A DNA stretch of 63,953 nt, the filler included, from Reticulomyxa filosa (lineage: Eukaryota; Protista; Foraminifera): assembly GCA_000512085.1 (NCBI GenBank). It is 21 parts of 21 records of this genome, joined end to end, with 100 filler letters (N's around TTAATTAATTAA, not from the genome) between each part and the next. Parts side by side here need not be neighbours in the genome. Positions count along the whole stretch, not along the records: positions 1 to 1,541 come from ASPP01021698.1; positions 1,642 to 4,534 come from ASPP01046838.1; positions 4,635 to 8,989 come from ASPP01027537.1; positions 9,090 to 21,683 come from ASPP01019069.1; 17 more parts are not named here. The stretch is one strand, 5' to 3'. The notes under the pieces are model-generated. The model ran no database searches. It saw only the letters and a list, made by a program, of their open reading frames with translations, and was not told the DNA's origin. The stretch's first letter is position 1. Every line of letters begins with the position of its first letter. The position numbers and the translations under genes were made by a program. This document shows, piece by piece, positions 1 through 11,815 of this stretch.

Positions 1-420
1 GCAGGATATCGAGTCCAAGGTCGTGCAATTCCGCAGACTATGGCCATTGAATCAGGAGAAGCAGAGTGGATCGGCCCTCGGCGAGTATGACTTGCTGCAT
101 GTCAATCACATGTCGGAAAAGAATCGCTTCAAATGCTGCTGTGGCTATTAAAGTATTTGGACACCATTTTCAAAAGCTGCAGCGCCTGGCACAGAACCAG
201 ATTGGTACAACATCGGAGATCAGGGGGGGGGGGACCTCAATGTGCGAGGACACTGACAATAGCGTGAGTAACAACAACAATAATAATAATAATAATAATA
301 ATAACAAGAAGTAATGATAAAACGAATAAGAATATGACAATGAGTATTCCAAATTTGCAAAGTAAGATCAGCAACAGCAGTACACTACGAGGCGACATTA
401 GACGCGAGTTGCGACTGTTT

Positions 421-1008
421 CGATCTCGCGTGCGGAACTTGTACGCTGTGTTGCTGCACAACCACTTGCAGCGTCACGCGAACGCGTTGGAGTAGTACGA
501 GTTGTGCGTGCAGGACGACCCGCAAAACGCGAGTGCGCACTACAACTGGGTGGTCTTGTACAAGAACTACTTTGCGGACTTCAAGAAAGCGGAAGTGCAC
601 TACCGCAAAGCGATCGAGTTGAAACCGAAGCACACGGCGTATTATAACAACTATGGTTTGTTATTGGAGCAGCAGTTGAAGAATTACAGCGCAGTAAGAG
701 ACAACTTTGCGGCAGCATTGAAGTTAGATCCGAAAAATGGAAGATTGCACACGAACATGGCCAACTTGCTGAAAAAGTATTACAAAGACTTTAAGCGTGC
801 CAACGACCATTACAAAGAGGCGATCAAATTGGACCCGCAAAATGCCACTTGTCATTTCAATTACTCTTTGTTTCTTAAGCACAACTTGAGCAAGTACGAA
901 GAGGCAGGAGAGCATTACGAAATCGTCATTCAATTGGACCCGTCGTATGAGCAAGCGCATACCAAGTTTAAAAATTTTTTGTTGCATGAGTCCGTTTTTT
1001 TCATCTAA
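421..1008 (+). pseudogene. TPR-repeat protein, probably disrupted
   Basis: About five TPR-like repeats (AHYN...AEVHYRKAIELKP; YYNNYGLLL...AALKLDP; HYKEAIKLDP). The same frame continues upstream of the listed ORF (RVRNLYAVLLHNHLQRHANALE*YELC) through an in-frame TAG at 493-495. Confidence 0.75.
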
Positions 1009-1295
1009 ACGAACCAAACATACATCTCCAAGCACTAATGAGGAGGTGTTGGTGTTGATGTTGATGTTAGAGAAAAGAATGCAAATGAAGCCAAACGCAT
1101 TCATAGTGCAAGATACATAATATACTTAGTCCACTTGCTGTGTACCAAACAAGTGAAAGAGGCCAAAGAACTACTTACCATGGCCTTCAAGTGTAGCGCA
1201 AGAAAAGTTTTGTTGTCATTGTGGTTGTTGCCATCGTCGCTGGTGCTGCTATTGATGTTGCCTCGGTGATATCGAGGATTCACCGGTCCATTGGA

Positions 1296-1534
1296 AATGG
1301 CGTCGTCGTGAAAGAAGCAACTTTGAATATCTTATGTATTTAAATATGATTGCAGGGAGGACATTCAACGACTTAACACAATATCCAGTTATGCCATGGA
1401 TGTTAAAGGATTACACCTCAGACACCATTGACTTAAACGATACAAATGTGTACTGTGACTTGACCAAACACGTTGGCGCACTCAATCCAAAACGCTTGGA
1501 AGCATTTGTGGAACAATACAATGGATTATTGTGA
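1296..1534 (+). pseudogene. BEACH-domain fragment
   Basis: [47 protein letters not shown]...[14 protein letters not shown] is the N-terminal BEACH signature. It ends at a TGA inside the domain, near the contig end. Confidence 0.85.
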
Positions 1535-1541
1535 ACATCCG

Positions 1542-1641
1542 NNNNNNNNNNNNNNNNNNNNNNNNNNNNNNNNNNNNNNNNNNNNTTAATTAATTAANNN
1601 NNNNNNNNNNNNNNNNNNNNNNNNNNNNNNNNNNNNNNNNN
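1542..1641. other. Artificial contig spacer N44-TTAATTAATTAA-N44 (first of 20)
   Basis: Identical 100-nt spacers with a core giving stops in all six frames occur at 1542, 4535, 8990, 21684, 25209, 26510, 27610, 28781, 30698, 34478, 36769, 39843, 42034, 46767, 51591, 53491, 54591, 56053, 57596 and 62832. Confidence 0.98.
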
Positions 1642-2899
1642 ATGTGGATGCAACGAAGCATGTGACAACACATGATTAATATGTGAAAATATTATTAATA
1701 TGATCGTACTCGGATGGAGGACGCAAATATGTACAGTCAATTATTTGATTGCAAATACGGAACGATGCAATGAATTGATATCAACATCAAACGAATATCG
1801 TGTGGCGAGTAGGTTGGATATTATAGTATTTGTTGTCATTTTTCCGCGTGTCGAATCACATATCGTCGAAAAATGTAGTCTCTCATTTTAATTTGGAGTC
1901 ACGTTGTGGTCCACCTTCTTGCAAAATATTAGTATTGATTCGATTCGAGGTATTGAAGATGTTTCAAATGGGTTGTCGAAAAGAAGTGAGCAATGTACGG
2001 AATTTACTGCTTATAATGTAGTACACAATGTACCATTTTTGCTGCACGCGTTAATTCACTGCTGCTCCATCGGCACTCCACCTTTTTGTCAACGCTAACT
2101 ATTGTGCATAAATGCATCGAGAGTATATGGATATTTATTGGTCATACTTCCGAACTCACTCCAAATTTGTGATCAATCATACAACAGTGTGCAAAGGATT
2201 TTATTTTATCTACTTTAATCAATCCAGCAATGTCAAAGTTACCATTAGCTCGAACATGTAACGAAAGTCACGCTCAATCAAATGAATATATCCTCGAAAA
2301 TTGAACGTTGCGTCCAAGCGTTGCCATATTTGGAAGCAAACAGATATTATTTCAAACAAGTAACCCTTCAAGCAACGATACAATTCAATCCACGTGTTCA
2401 ATATTGCAATCGAAAGGAGACGCTCTAAACAAATCTTTAGGATGTATTGCAAATGTCTGAAACGACAGCAATGGTAGTCAATTCTCACTTTTTTTTTCAT
2501 GTAATGTTCACAGCGGATTTATTAAAGCAAATGGTAGACTGTGGACTGCGACAACAGCTCAGAAAAACGGTATATCGGCCTGTTTGTCTACCAGCGCAAC
2601 GGATGTGGTGTGGTTATCATTGATATGTACGAAAAAAGTCATTTTTTGATCCTTCTCCTGTGGCTACATATTTGAACCACAAGATAGAAGACAGTAATTC
2701 AAAAGATCTTTTCCAAATGGAACATCAACTGATATGAAAGGTTTAGATATTAAAAGCAATTTATCGAAAGCATCGCGTTTATTCTACTCTCAACATTGTA
2801 TTTCACAAGTAGCGCGTACTTTGGTGGATCAATTTTTCAAATTCCATTGCAGACTATATTTTGACTGTTGTGCAAGCGTTGAATAAAAGAGAGATTTGA

Positions 2900-3601
2900 A
2901 TGGATGTATCGGAAGAATTGAACGTCTTGTCCTCTACAATAAATGGTGTTGGTGCTGTTCGCAGACACTTGAATACCTTCAACAGTCTCTCTGCTTACAT
3001 TGCTTGCTCGTCAAATTCGTGTTGCCACAATCAATCAAATACCGAACGTTGTCAATCAATTTATGATAATACGGACTCCAATTTGTCGATGTCATTATTA
3101 TCGGATAAGTATATCATTGAGCACTGTTGGAATACTATTTGGATGCAATTGCACGTAGCAACTCCGGCAAACAGAGAAATTGGAATTAGACTTGGCAATT
3201 TTAGGAATGTCTTAAAAAAATTGATCAATTTGTATCTCGTGAATAAGTCAAAATTGCATCACCATCACACCAAGGACGAAGGAGACGACGTGAGTCCATG
3301 GCTGATTCGACAGAACGCAATGCAATTGTGTCGTTGCTTAACTCGGCATTCTATTGGTACTTATCACAGTTACATATCAAATGTGTATTTTGTGATAAGC
3401 TTATACAATCAAGGAAAGAGACGAACGGACAGTATTACCGGAGTTGTTGTGGTGGATGCACCTTTGGACAATGATGGAAATATTCAAGTGGATGCATATT
3501 CCATGGAAAACTTTCCTTGTACGTGCAATCCTGCCATTAGTCAATTCAAACAGAGAATGGATACACGTTGTCCAGAACAATGGGAAAATAATAGAGAGTG
3601 A
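2900..3601 (+). CDS. Hypothetical protein, possibly part of a larger degraded gene
   Basis: A 233-aa ORF flanked by coding-like, stop-interrupted sequence. No motif recognised. Confidence 0.3.
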   Translation: MDVSEELNVLSSTINGVGAVRRHLNTFNSLSAYIACSSNSCCHNQSNTERCQSIYDNTDSNLSMSLLSDKYIIEHCWNTIWMQLHVATPANREIGIRLGNFRNVLKKLINLYLVNKSKLHHHHTKDEGDDVSPWLIRQNAMQLCRCLTRHSIGTYHSYISNVYFVISLYNQGKRRTDSITGVVVVDAPLDNDGNIQVDAYSMENFPCTCNPAISQFKQRMDTRCPEQWENNRE

Positions 3602-4634
3602 CCAAAAGTAAAGAATAGCAGCTCTATTTGAAGGTTGGTGTTAATACTATGTTGTTTGTATCATATTTTCAGTGGTTGTAATATAATCCCATCAAAACAA
3701 GCCTTTTATTGTAAAGTGATTTACATTAGGTTTGGAAATTAAGAAGTGAATGAGAAAAGAGAAGAAAAGAAAAGAAGAATGAAAGAGTTATTCAAAAACT
3801 ATACGGACTATTTCAAGCAATATGGCAAGTGATAACAGATTGTGTGAAAAGAAAATGATAGACGACGGGCACAAAGAAGTATGCAACCGTAAGAGGCAAG
3901 GCGCACGCATCCACAGATGATCAACACAATATATCTCTTATGCGTTATATCAAGGCCATGAAACGGTTATTAATGATATTTACACTTTTTTTTAAACATA
4001 TTTATTTGTTTATGTGGTCTCAAAATTGATTAGTAGGAAAACTTGCTCAAGTATTGTTGTTGTCGTTGTTTTTTTTTTTTTTTTTGTAAGCAAATTTAAA
4101 TTATTTTGTGTTTGTTGTTGTTTTTTCTCTAAAACAGGGAATAGAATGCAAGCGTTGGAGGTGGTGGAACCACAATGAACAAAAACGTTGAAGCAAATGT
4201 ATTCAGCTGCCCCATCGCCTGGTGGACAAGCCAATTCAAATAAATTTTGTCAAAATGGAAAAGAACTGATATTTACGAAAAAAAACGTCTGAAAGAATAG
4301 TTTCGTCCACAATGGCTCCATTACGAAAAAAGAAACAAACAACCTGTTGAAAACCAGAGACTTTGCAAACACAACGTTAAGACGTTGGCCCAAAATTCAA
4401 AATTTCAGCAGATGTCTACAAGCAGAGGTGAGATTGTTCCTCGAAGCAAGTGAATATAGCCGCAAATGGCGATGCAGAAAGATAATCAAAATTGCGTGTC
4501 TAGTTATTACAATGAAATAGGCCTGACTGTTTAANNNNNNNNNNNNNNNNNNNNNNNNNNNNNNNNNNNNNNNNNNNNTTAATTAATTAANNNNNNNNNN
4601 NNNNNNNNNNNNNNNNNNNNNNNNNNNNNNNNNN

Positions 4635-5912
4635 AAAAAACCAACAACGAAAGCACCAACGACAAGAAAGCCAACAAGAAGACCGACAGATTTTCCCTCT
4701 CCACGATCTACGCGTGTTCCAACACGTCATCCAACAAGACATCCAAGTCAGCCACCAACAAGACACCCAACGAGACATCCGAGTCAGCCACCAACAAGAC
4801 ACCCAACGAGATATCCGAGTCAACCACCGACAAGACATCCAACGAGACAGCCAAGTCAACCACCAACAAGACATCCAAGTCAACCACCAACAAGACATCC
4901 AACGAGACATCCAACGGGACATCCAAGTCGACCACCAAGTCGACCACCAACAAGACATCCAACTCGATCACCAACAAGACATCCAACAAAACATCCAAGT
5001 CAACCACCAACGAGACATCCTTCTCGATCTCCTTCACAACAGCCAACAAACGATCCTACCCAACGTCCCACAAGTAGTCCTTCTGTACGTCCTACACGTA
5101 GTCCTACACGTAGTCCTATACGTATTCCTACACGTATTCCTACACGTAGTCCTACTGACCGTCCAACTTCAGTACCAACTAAGCGCTTAGCAGGATTTCC
5201 AACAAAACATCCAACAAGACATCCAACTCGCCGTCCTACTAATCATCCAAGCAAACATCCGACTCACCGTCCCACTGATCATCCAACCAAACATCCAACT
5301 CGCCGTCCTACTAATTATCCAACCGATCCAACTCATTATCCTACTAATCATCCAACAAGACATCCAACTCGCCGTCCTACGAATTATCCAACCAATCGTC
5401 CTACGAATTATCCAACCGATCACCCTACTCACCGTCCTACTGCTCATCCAACCAAATATCCAACTCACCGTCCTACTGATCATCCAACCAAACATCCAAC
5501 TCACCGTCCTACTAATTATCCAACCAATCCAACTCATTATCCAACCACTCCTCCAACTCCTTATCCAACCAATTATCCAACCAATCGTCCTACTTATTAT
5601 CCAACCGATCATCCGACTCGCCGTCCTACGAATTATCCAACCATTTATCCAACCAATCGTCCTACTTATCATCCAACCGATCATCCAACTCGCCGTCCTA
5701 CTGATCATCCAACCAAACATCCAACTCGCCGTCCAACCAATCATCCAACCAATCGTCCAACTTACCGTCCTACTCAGAAAAATCTGGATGCAGATTTTGA
5801 TCCTACAAAACAAAGAGAAAAAAAAGTAGTAAAACTAGAGTTACCACCTTTATTTATTGCCACTCCGAAAGACATTTCTGAAAGAGAAGAAAGCAATAGT
5901 AATGAAAAATAA
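4635..5912 (+). CDS. Pro/Thr/His/Arg-rich tandem-repeat (PTxx, mucin-like) protein, 5' truncated
   Basis: The frame from the contig start reads KKPTTKAPTTRKPTRRPTDFPSP...PTRHPSQPPTRHP...PTNHPTKHPTRRPTNYP...LELPPLFIATPKDISEREESNSNEK* (TAA 5910-5912). It has no ATG, so the ORF track shows only shadow frames. Confidence 0.8.
   Translation, partial: KKPTTKAPTTRKPTRRPTDFPSPRSTRVPTRHPTRHPSQPPTRHPTRHPSQPPTRHPTRYPSQPPTRHPTRQPSQPPTRHPSQPPTRHPTRHPTGHPSRPPSRPPTRHPTRSPTRHPTKHPSQPPTRHPSRSPSQQPTNDPTQRPTSSPSVRPTRSPTRSPIRIPTRIPTRSPTDRPTSVPTKRLAGFPTKHPTRHPTRRPTNHPSKHPTHRPTDHPTKHPTRRPTNYPTDPTHYPTNHPTRHPTRRPTNYPTNRPTNYPTDHPTHRPTAHPTKYPTHRPTDHPTKHPTHRPTNYPTNPTHYPTTPPTPYPTNYPTNRPTYYPTDHPTRRPTNYPTIYPTNRPTYHPTDHPTRRPTDHPTKHPTRRPTNHPTNRPTYRPTQKNLDADFDPTKQREKKVVKLELPPLFIATPKDISEREESNSNEK
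4720..5775 (+). repeat. Coding minisatellite built on a 12-nt unit (ccaacaagacat / cctactaatcat variants)
   Basis: Directly visible periodicity with higher-order 24-36 nt blocks. Confidence 0.9.
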
Positions 5913-6219
5913 ACCAATCCAGAATTACAAGCAGCCGATCAACAACATATCTCGGCACTTGATTATATAATTATTTCATTAAGAAAATTTTATTCCTTGA
6001 AATTATCTTCGCTATTTGTTTGTACTTCTTTATTTACAATGCAAATAAGTGCGCTTTTTCATTTTTGTGCTTTTCATTTACTTATTTTTTTAATTACTTT
6101 TCATCACGGTTATACACAACATAAAGTTTACACTTAATCAATCCTTTTTTTTTATTTGAAGAAAAATTATACGGTTTCAATTTCGTATATTTTATGTTGG
6201 AACAATTTTTTGAAATCAC

Positions 6220-6420
6220 TTTCAACTCTTAATGTCAGTCCAATTCGTTGAACAACAGTATATGGGCCACAAATTTTGGTAGAAGCTTTGCTTTGTTTCA
6301 ATCTCTTTGGTCACTGACAAACAATAACTCTTAGTTGCCTACCGAAAAAATATATTTGCTTTTTGAACTATATTTCGTAATTGACTTAAACTATTAATAC
6401 ATAATTGTCTGTTGACTTTC
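6220..6420 (-). mobile_element. Degenerate Ty3/gypsy integrase C-terminal (GPY/F) relic
   Basis: Minus strand reads YIFSVGN*ELLFVSDQRD*NKAKLLPKF/GPYTVVQRIG with one 1-nt frameshift. This matches the F.VGD.V...KL.PKF.GPY.V pattern. Confidence 0.55.
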
Positions 6421-9400
6421 CATATCGTCATGATACTAAGTGTCACTTCTCCAGCTTAGACAATACATTTGGTCCAAGATTCAACTACTTTATCCAAAGG
6501 ATATTAATCTAATGACGAACTTTGATCAATACATTGTCAATATTCCTTTTCAGTATCAATTAAATTGTTTAAGTTTGTTAATAATTAATTCCAAGTATCA
6601 ATCTTTTGTTGTTTAAATAGTTATGATTGCGGCGTAGTCGTTTGAACGTGATTGTAAGATAATTACAAATACAATTCTACATCATGTTCCAATTACTAAT
6701 CAATAAAAGAATATACAATGCTTTGACATCGATGCTTTATGTCACATTGTCTTTCGTGAATGTACAGTCAAATGATAATGTGTTAATAATATGCAATCTA
6801 TTGAATAAAATGAAGTCAAGAATGTATTTACATAGATAGTCGATATTATAATCCAGCAATACATGATGATTTGCATTCATTTCATACAGTACAATTTTTA
6901 TAGAAGATTGTAATTCTTGCTCAAATAATGCAAGTTTCGATAGAAACTTCAGAATAATATTTTTTTATTATGACATGATTACAAGTATCCAACACTTTGA
7001 AACAGTATTACATTTATTATTTTCTTGTTAACTTAGTTCTAAGTTTTTATATTGTCTTTTGAATATTCTTCTTGCGCAATAAAAATCGACACCGATTTGT
7101 ATTATTATTGTGTCAACATTTTGATAATTAGTGATTCTTTAAACTACAATATTTTCATGTCTTTTATTTTGGACTTTCTTTCGCAATGTGGTTGAAGTGA
7201 TATAGGTCTGTGCAATTGATTATCCAATTTGAATCTAATTGTCCAAGCTCTTTAATTTCCTTTTCGGCATTTCGTGATAGAATAGTTAAATCAGTTTCTC
7301 ATTAACTGATGGCGTGAATGTGCTAGGCAATGAAATCGACAGCATATGATACAGTGAATGTAATATCACATGTGCTATCTGAAATTAAGAAGACACAAGA
7401 ATAATCAACATATTGGAAAAAGACAATTGTGATATATGCAAACCAGATCCAGGACTTAGAGGAGCATTATTTGTCATCCAATCACAATGGATTTTAGTTT
7501 CCAATCAAAGGAATTACAACAATGATTTTTTTTACGAGAAAGTCTAGACCTTGAACTTTGTACGTCGATAAGTGTCTCATAGACTCAATAACTTATCATT
7601 TGTAATATTATTTGATGACTATCACTTAGACCAATAAAATTATCATCCAAATCTTATTGGTGTTCAATGCATTGAATTGCGTGAATAAATTTTTTGTATT
7701 CCCTTCATGCACAAATTAATGATGTTGACCATGTTGATGCTTTTCTATTAAATCTTTCTTAATTATTTCAATATTTTATCCTTTATTTTTTTAGATCAAT
7801 GTCGTTCGATATTTGAATTTTTTAATTTTTTTTGAAAATTTGCAAAGGATTGAGAATTTTAACGAAAGACGTGCCGTTGATCTGTTGCGTCATTGCTGGA
7901 GTTTGCTCAAAGTTACAAAACAATTTTGTAAAGTCACGAATGTGCGTAAATAGAAACTGACATTCATCATAAAAACATCAAAAATTGTTAGTGGAAGCAT
8001 AACGTGTGGTCTTGCTTTGTAGTGTTATGATCTGTAACATTAATTGGTGTGTAAATACAGATTTTTACAAAGAAATTCTATTTGATGAAATGCTCAGAAA
8101 GCATTAATCGGTGTTTAGAAGATAATGGAAATTGTATATTTTAGCAAGATAATGTAACTAGTCACACAGAAATTACAGCAAAAGAAGATTTGAACAAAAC
8201 TCTATCAAAATATTCAGACCTGAAGCAAAGCGAAAATCTGTGGTGGATAGTAAAAACGAAAATATTCAAAAATAGATCATTCGGATAGAAAGAAGAACTC
8301 ATGAAACAATTTGAATTAGAATGTAAAGAAAATGACAAAGAAACATGGTAAATTTAACAAAATCAATGTCAGAGAAAATACAAGTATTATCCAATACAAA
8401 ATTATTTTTGGAAAAATCTATGTTTATGATTAATGAATAATTAAATGAAGAGTGTAATTACCTTTTTTTTTATGCAAAGCAGAAGAACTTCCTATTTGAA
8501 GATTTTTCTGTTCAAAAATAAATTCAAACTTACAAAAATCATTTATCATTATTATTTGTTCTTTTTTTCAACTTATTTGCATTCGCAAGTGAGAATTAGA
8601 AAATTCTCACACTGAACTATGTCTGGACATAAATTTATCAATAGTAAAACAAGCTAAAAAAAAAGTCAAAAGCAAAGAGGATTTTAACAATTACGTCTGA
8701 GTAATAAAAAGTGTGCAATTCTCAAGTTTTTCATGTTTGCAATTTTCTTGAAAAAAAAAGATAGAAATGTATGGAATTGTTTGTTTTTGAATCAAATTTT
8801 TTTCTTCACATTGGCGTCAACTTATTGTTTCAAAATCAAAAATACTTACAAATCTCTACAGATAAAACCAATAAATGGCAATAAATGACCTCCTTTGGAT
8901 CAACTCTTTTTGTTTGAAACAAATACGATATTGTGCAATGTTGTATCTTGACTCTCTACGCAATACCACTCACCTTTTTTATTATTTCTNNNNNNNNNNN
9001 NNNNNNNNNNNNNNNNNNNNNNNNNNNNNNNNNTTAATTAATTAANNNNNNNNNNNNNNNNNNNNNNNNNNNNNNNNNNNNNNNNNNNNAATCCAAAAGA
9101 TTCTCAAATTACAAAGATGTTATAGCAAGATCAAAACATAAAAATCAAGTGAGTAAAAGCAGATATTCTTACAGAACAAAGAGAAACAACATTGCAGAAT
9201 TATCATCAATAGTCCAAGCATTTGTACTGTCATTGAAGTGTCCTTTGAACATCTTTGGCATTCAAAAATATCACTTTCACAACTGTCATGCCCTTAAATC
9301 TGTCCACTTCTTCCACTTCACGGTCTTAAATTGAACCGTTCCATAATTGATTGCAATTTTCAATTGCTATCATCTGGTTTTGACCTTTTCAAACTCCATC

Positions 9401-10092
9401 ACTCAATCTGTTTGATTTCGGCATATATTCTTCTTTTGTTTGCATTGTCAATCATTATTTCGTCATTATTAATCAAATTATTGGATGTCTAGTCGAGAAT
9501 ACTTTGCCTTCTTTACACCACCATACCGGAAGTGTAGTTAACATGTCTGACTTGCAATTCCAAGTGTGTTCTTTTGCTTGTTGTTTATATTCTGGTTGTC
9601 ATCATGTTTCCTGCAATTTCGTTTAGTGTTAAAAGATATTTTACATTTTACGATATTTGATACTTTCAACTAGTATTTATGTTACTATTTAAAAAAAAAT
9701 TTTATTTCGTTTTCTTTTGATGTTGTCTTTGCGCTGCTTTCGCTACGAACTTTGTTCACAAAATCGTTGAAAATCTTTGAATGATACTTTAAAATTCTTT
9801 TAGATACTGCCAAGATGTTGCAGTATCTAGTTGTTTCTTTTTTCAATCTCCTTCAAAATACTGTTTCAAAGTACACATAATTCACTTGCAAATTGCAAAT
9901 TTATATAACATACTTAATTCTAATAAGTCATTATATTTACTATATTTATTAATCTAAATAGTTGTTTCAATAAATATTACATTGAAAGTTTTATTCTATT
10001 ATTATTTACTTTGAATAAAATATTTTGCATATTTATTTATTAATTTTATTCTTGAACAATTTCCAATTATATGTATCAATATTTAATAACTA

Positions 10093-11150
10093 CAGTAGAT
10101 TGCAAAAAAAACTTCAATACATAAATGGTATTATATAAAGAGAATCGATTTTCTCCATGAAAAATAAAGATTTAAACCTAATTTTTAAAAAATATCTACT
10201 AATCTTGTAGTTTTTAAATATTAAATTGGTTTTATAATAAGTTTTTCCTAGGTTGATCAAAAATGATTTTTTTAAATCATTTTTAAAAATTTCGAATGAG
10301 TTTATAAATTGAACCTGTATTGCAAATAAGAAATTTTTAAATATTTTTGTTTTCATTTTAGTAATCTTTAAGTCATGTATATACTTTAAAAAAAAAAATT
10401 AGCCTTGTATCTTTCGTAATTTTTAATAAAATTTTGAAATTTTTTAAAAAAATATTTTTTTGTTAAAAATTTTTTTTTGTATTGTTTTAGTATTTTGCTG
10501 ATTTTCCTTGTGCATTGATTACAGCTTCGATTCTCCTTGGCATTGGCTCAACTAGAGCTTAACATAGTTTAGTGTCAGTTTTTCACATTTTTTTAAAATT
10601 TTTTCCAAATTTATTGTTTGTTATTAATTTTTTCGCTTTATATAATTTTACTTTAATTATCCACCAAATATTTTCAATTGGATTTATGCCTAATGAATAA
10701 GTATGAAAATTTATCAAGTCTATTATTTTCTTTAAACCAATCCATTATTTCTTTAGCTTTGTGACATGATTAATCTCCTCTGACCTGCCAGATCCAGCTT
10801 TTCTTTTTACGGTTCCATTACACTTATATGACTACAGCCAAAATCGAATCTATATTTGTATTAAATTTCTTGCTATCGAATGCTAGCTCCATCAACCAGC
10901 ATACCAATAGCAACTCCTTTCTTAAAAGCACTCAAATGTTTCACCGTTTTAAATATCAAAATTTTGAAATGTCAATTAAAAATATTAACAATAAAGAAAA
11001 TATGCAAAAAAAAAAATTTAATATTTAAAAACTACAAGATTATTATATATTTTTTAAAAAATTAGTTTTAAATCTTTATTTTTCATGTGGAAAATCGATT
11101 CTCTTCATATAATGCCATTTATGTATTGCAGTTTTTTTTGCAATCTACTG
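10093..11150 (-). mobile_element. Internally deleted Tc1/mariner-superfamily DNA transposon with TA target-site duplication
   Basis: TA|CAGTAGATTGCAAAA...TTTTGCAATCTACTG|TA, with ~135-bp imperfect TIRs (10093-10227 and 11015-11150) and a transposase relic inside. Confidence 0.92.
10487..10944 (-). pseudogene. Tc1-like transposase relic
   Basis: N-terminal HTH-like KHLSAFKKGVAIGMLVDGASIR...GTVKRKAGSGR is joined to SCHKAKEIMDWFKENN, then INPIENIWWIIK, then the C-terminal LVEPMPRRIEAVINAQGKSAKY*. It contains stops and frameshifts. Confidence 0.85.
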
Positions 11151-11815
11151 TATCTTTATTTTAAATCAATTTTCAATTCTTAATATATTATAATATTGCA
11201 TAAAAAGATAATTAAATTAACATATTTGAGTCATTATGTATATGTGTAAAAATTTAACTAAATTAATTAAATATAATTAAGATTATATTTAATTGAAATG
11301 TCTATTTTTAATAATCTAAAATGTTTTAAATTATTATTATATAATATTACTATTTTCATGTTAATCGAATAAATCAATATATGATCTTCTTCAATTTCTT
11401 AATTATATGTATTTTTTGTATTTAAAAAAGTACTTAAATATTTCAATGTTTAATTCTTCATATATAATTATTCAACAATACACTCAACTAAAAGCAAATA
11501 TAAATATCATTCAATAATTGCCAATTATCATTTTTGAATAAAATTAATTTATCTTGTTACAAATAATAAAGTATCATCAAGTTCTTAATCTTTGTCTCAA
11601 TCTGCATAGTAAGTTTAATTTTCTTTCTAGTCAATAAGAAATACATCTAATATATTTTACAAAATTGCAAATATTTTTGATATTTATTCTTAGAAAAACA
11701 TTGTTGCAGAAATTAAGTCAAAACTTAGCATTAACACCAGCTTTTATGTTGATACAAAATTAACAAACTTATTTAGTTCAAACCGTATACTACAAACAAA
11801 AAACGTTAAAAGACA

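Noticed and set aside
4720-5775. CRISPR array
   Set aside because: It is a contiguous degenerate coding repeat with no unique spacers and no cas genes.
4587-5813. Trp/Met-rich, Gln/Asp-rich and Val/Leu-rich ORFs in the ORF track
   Set aside because: These are shadow frames of the PT-repeat ORF; the repeat simply lacks stops in those frames.
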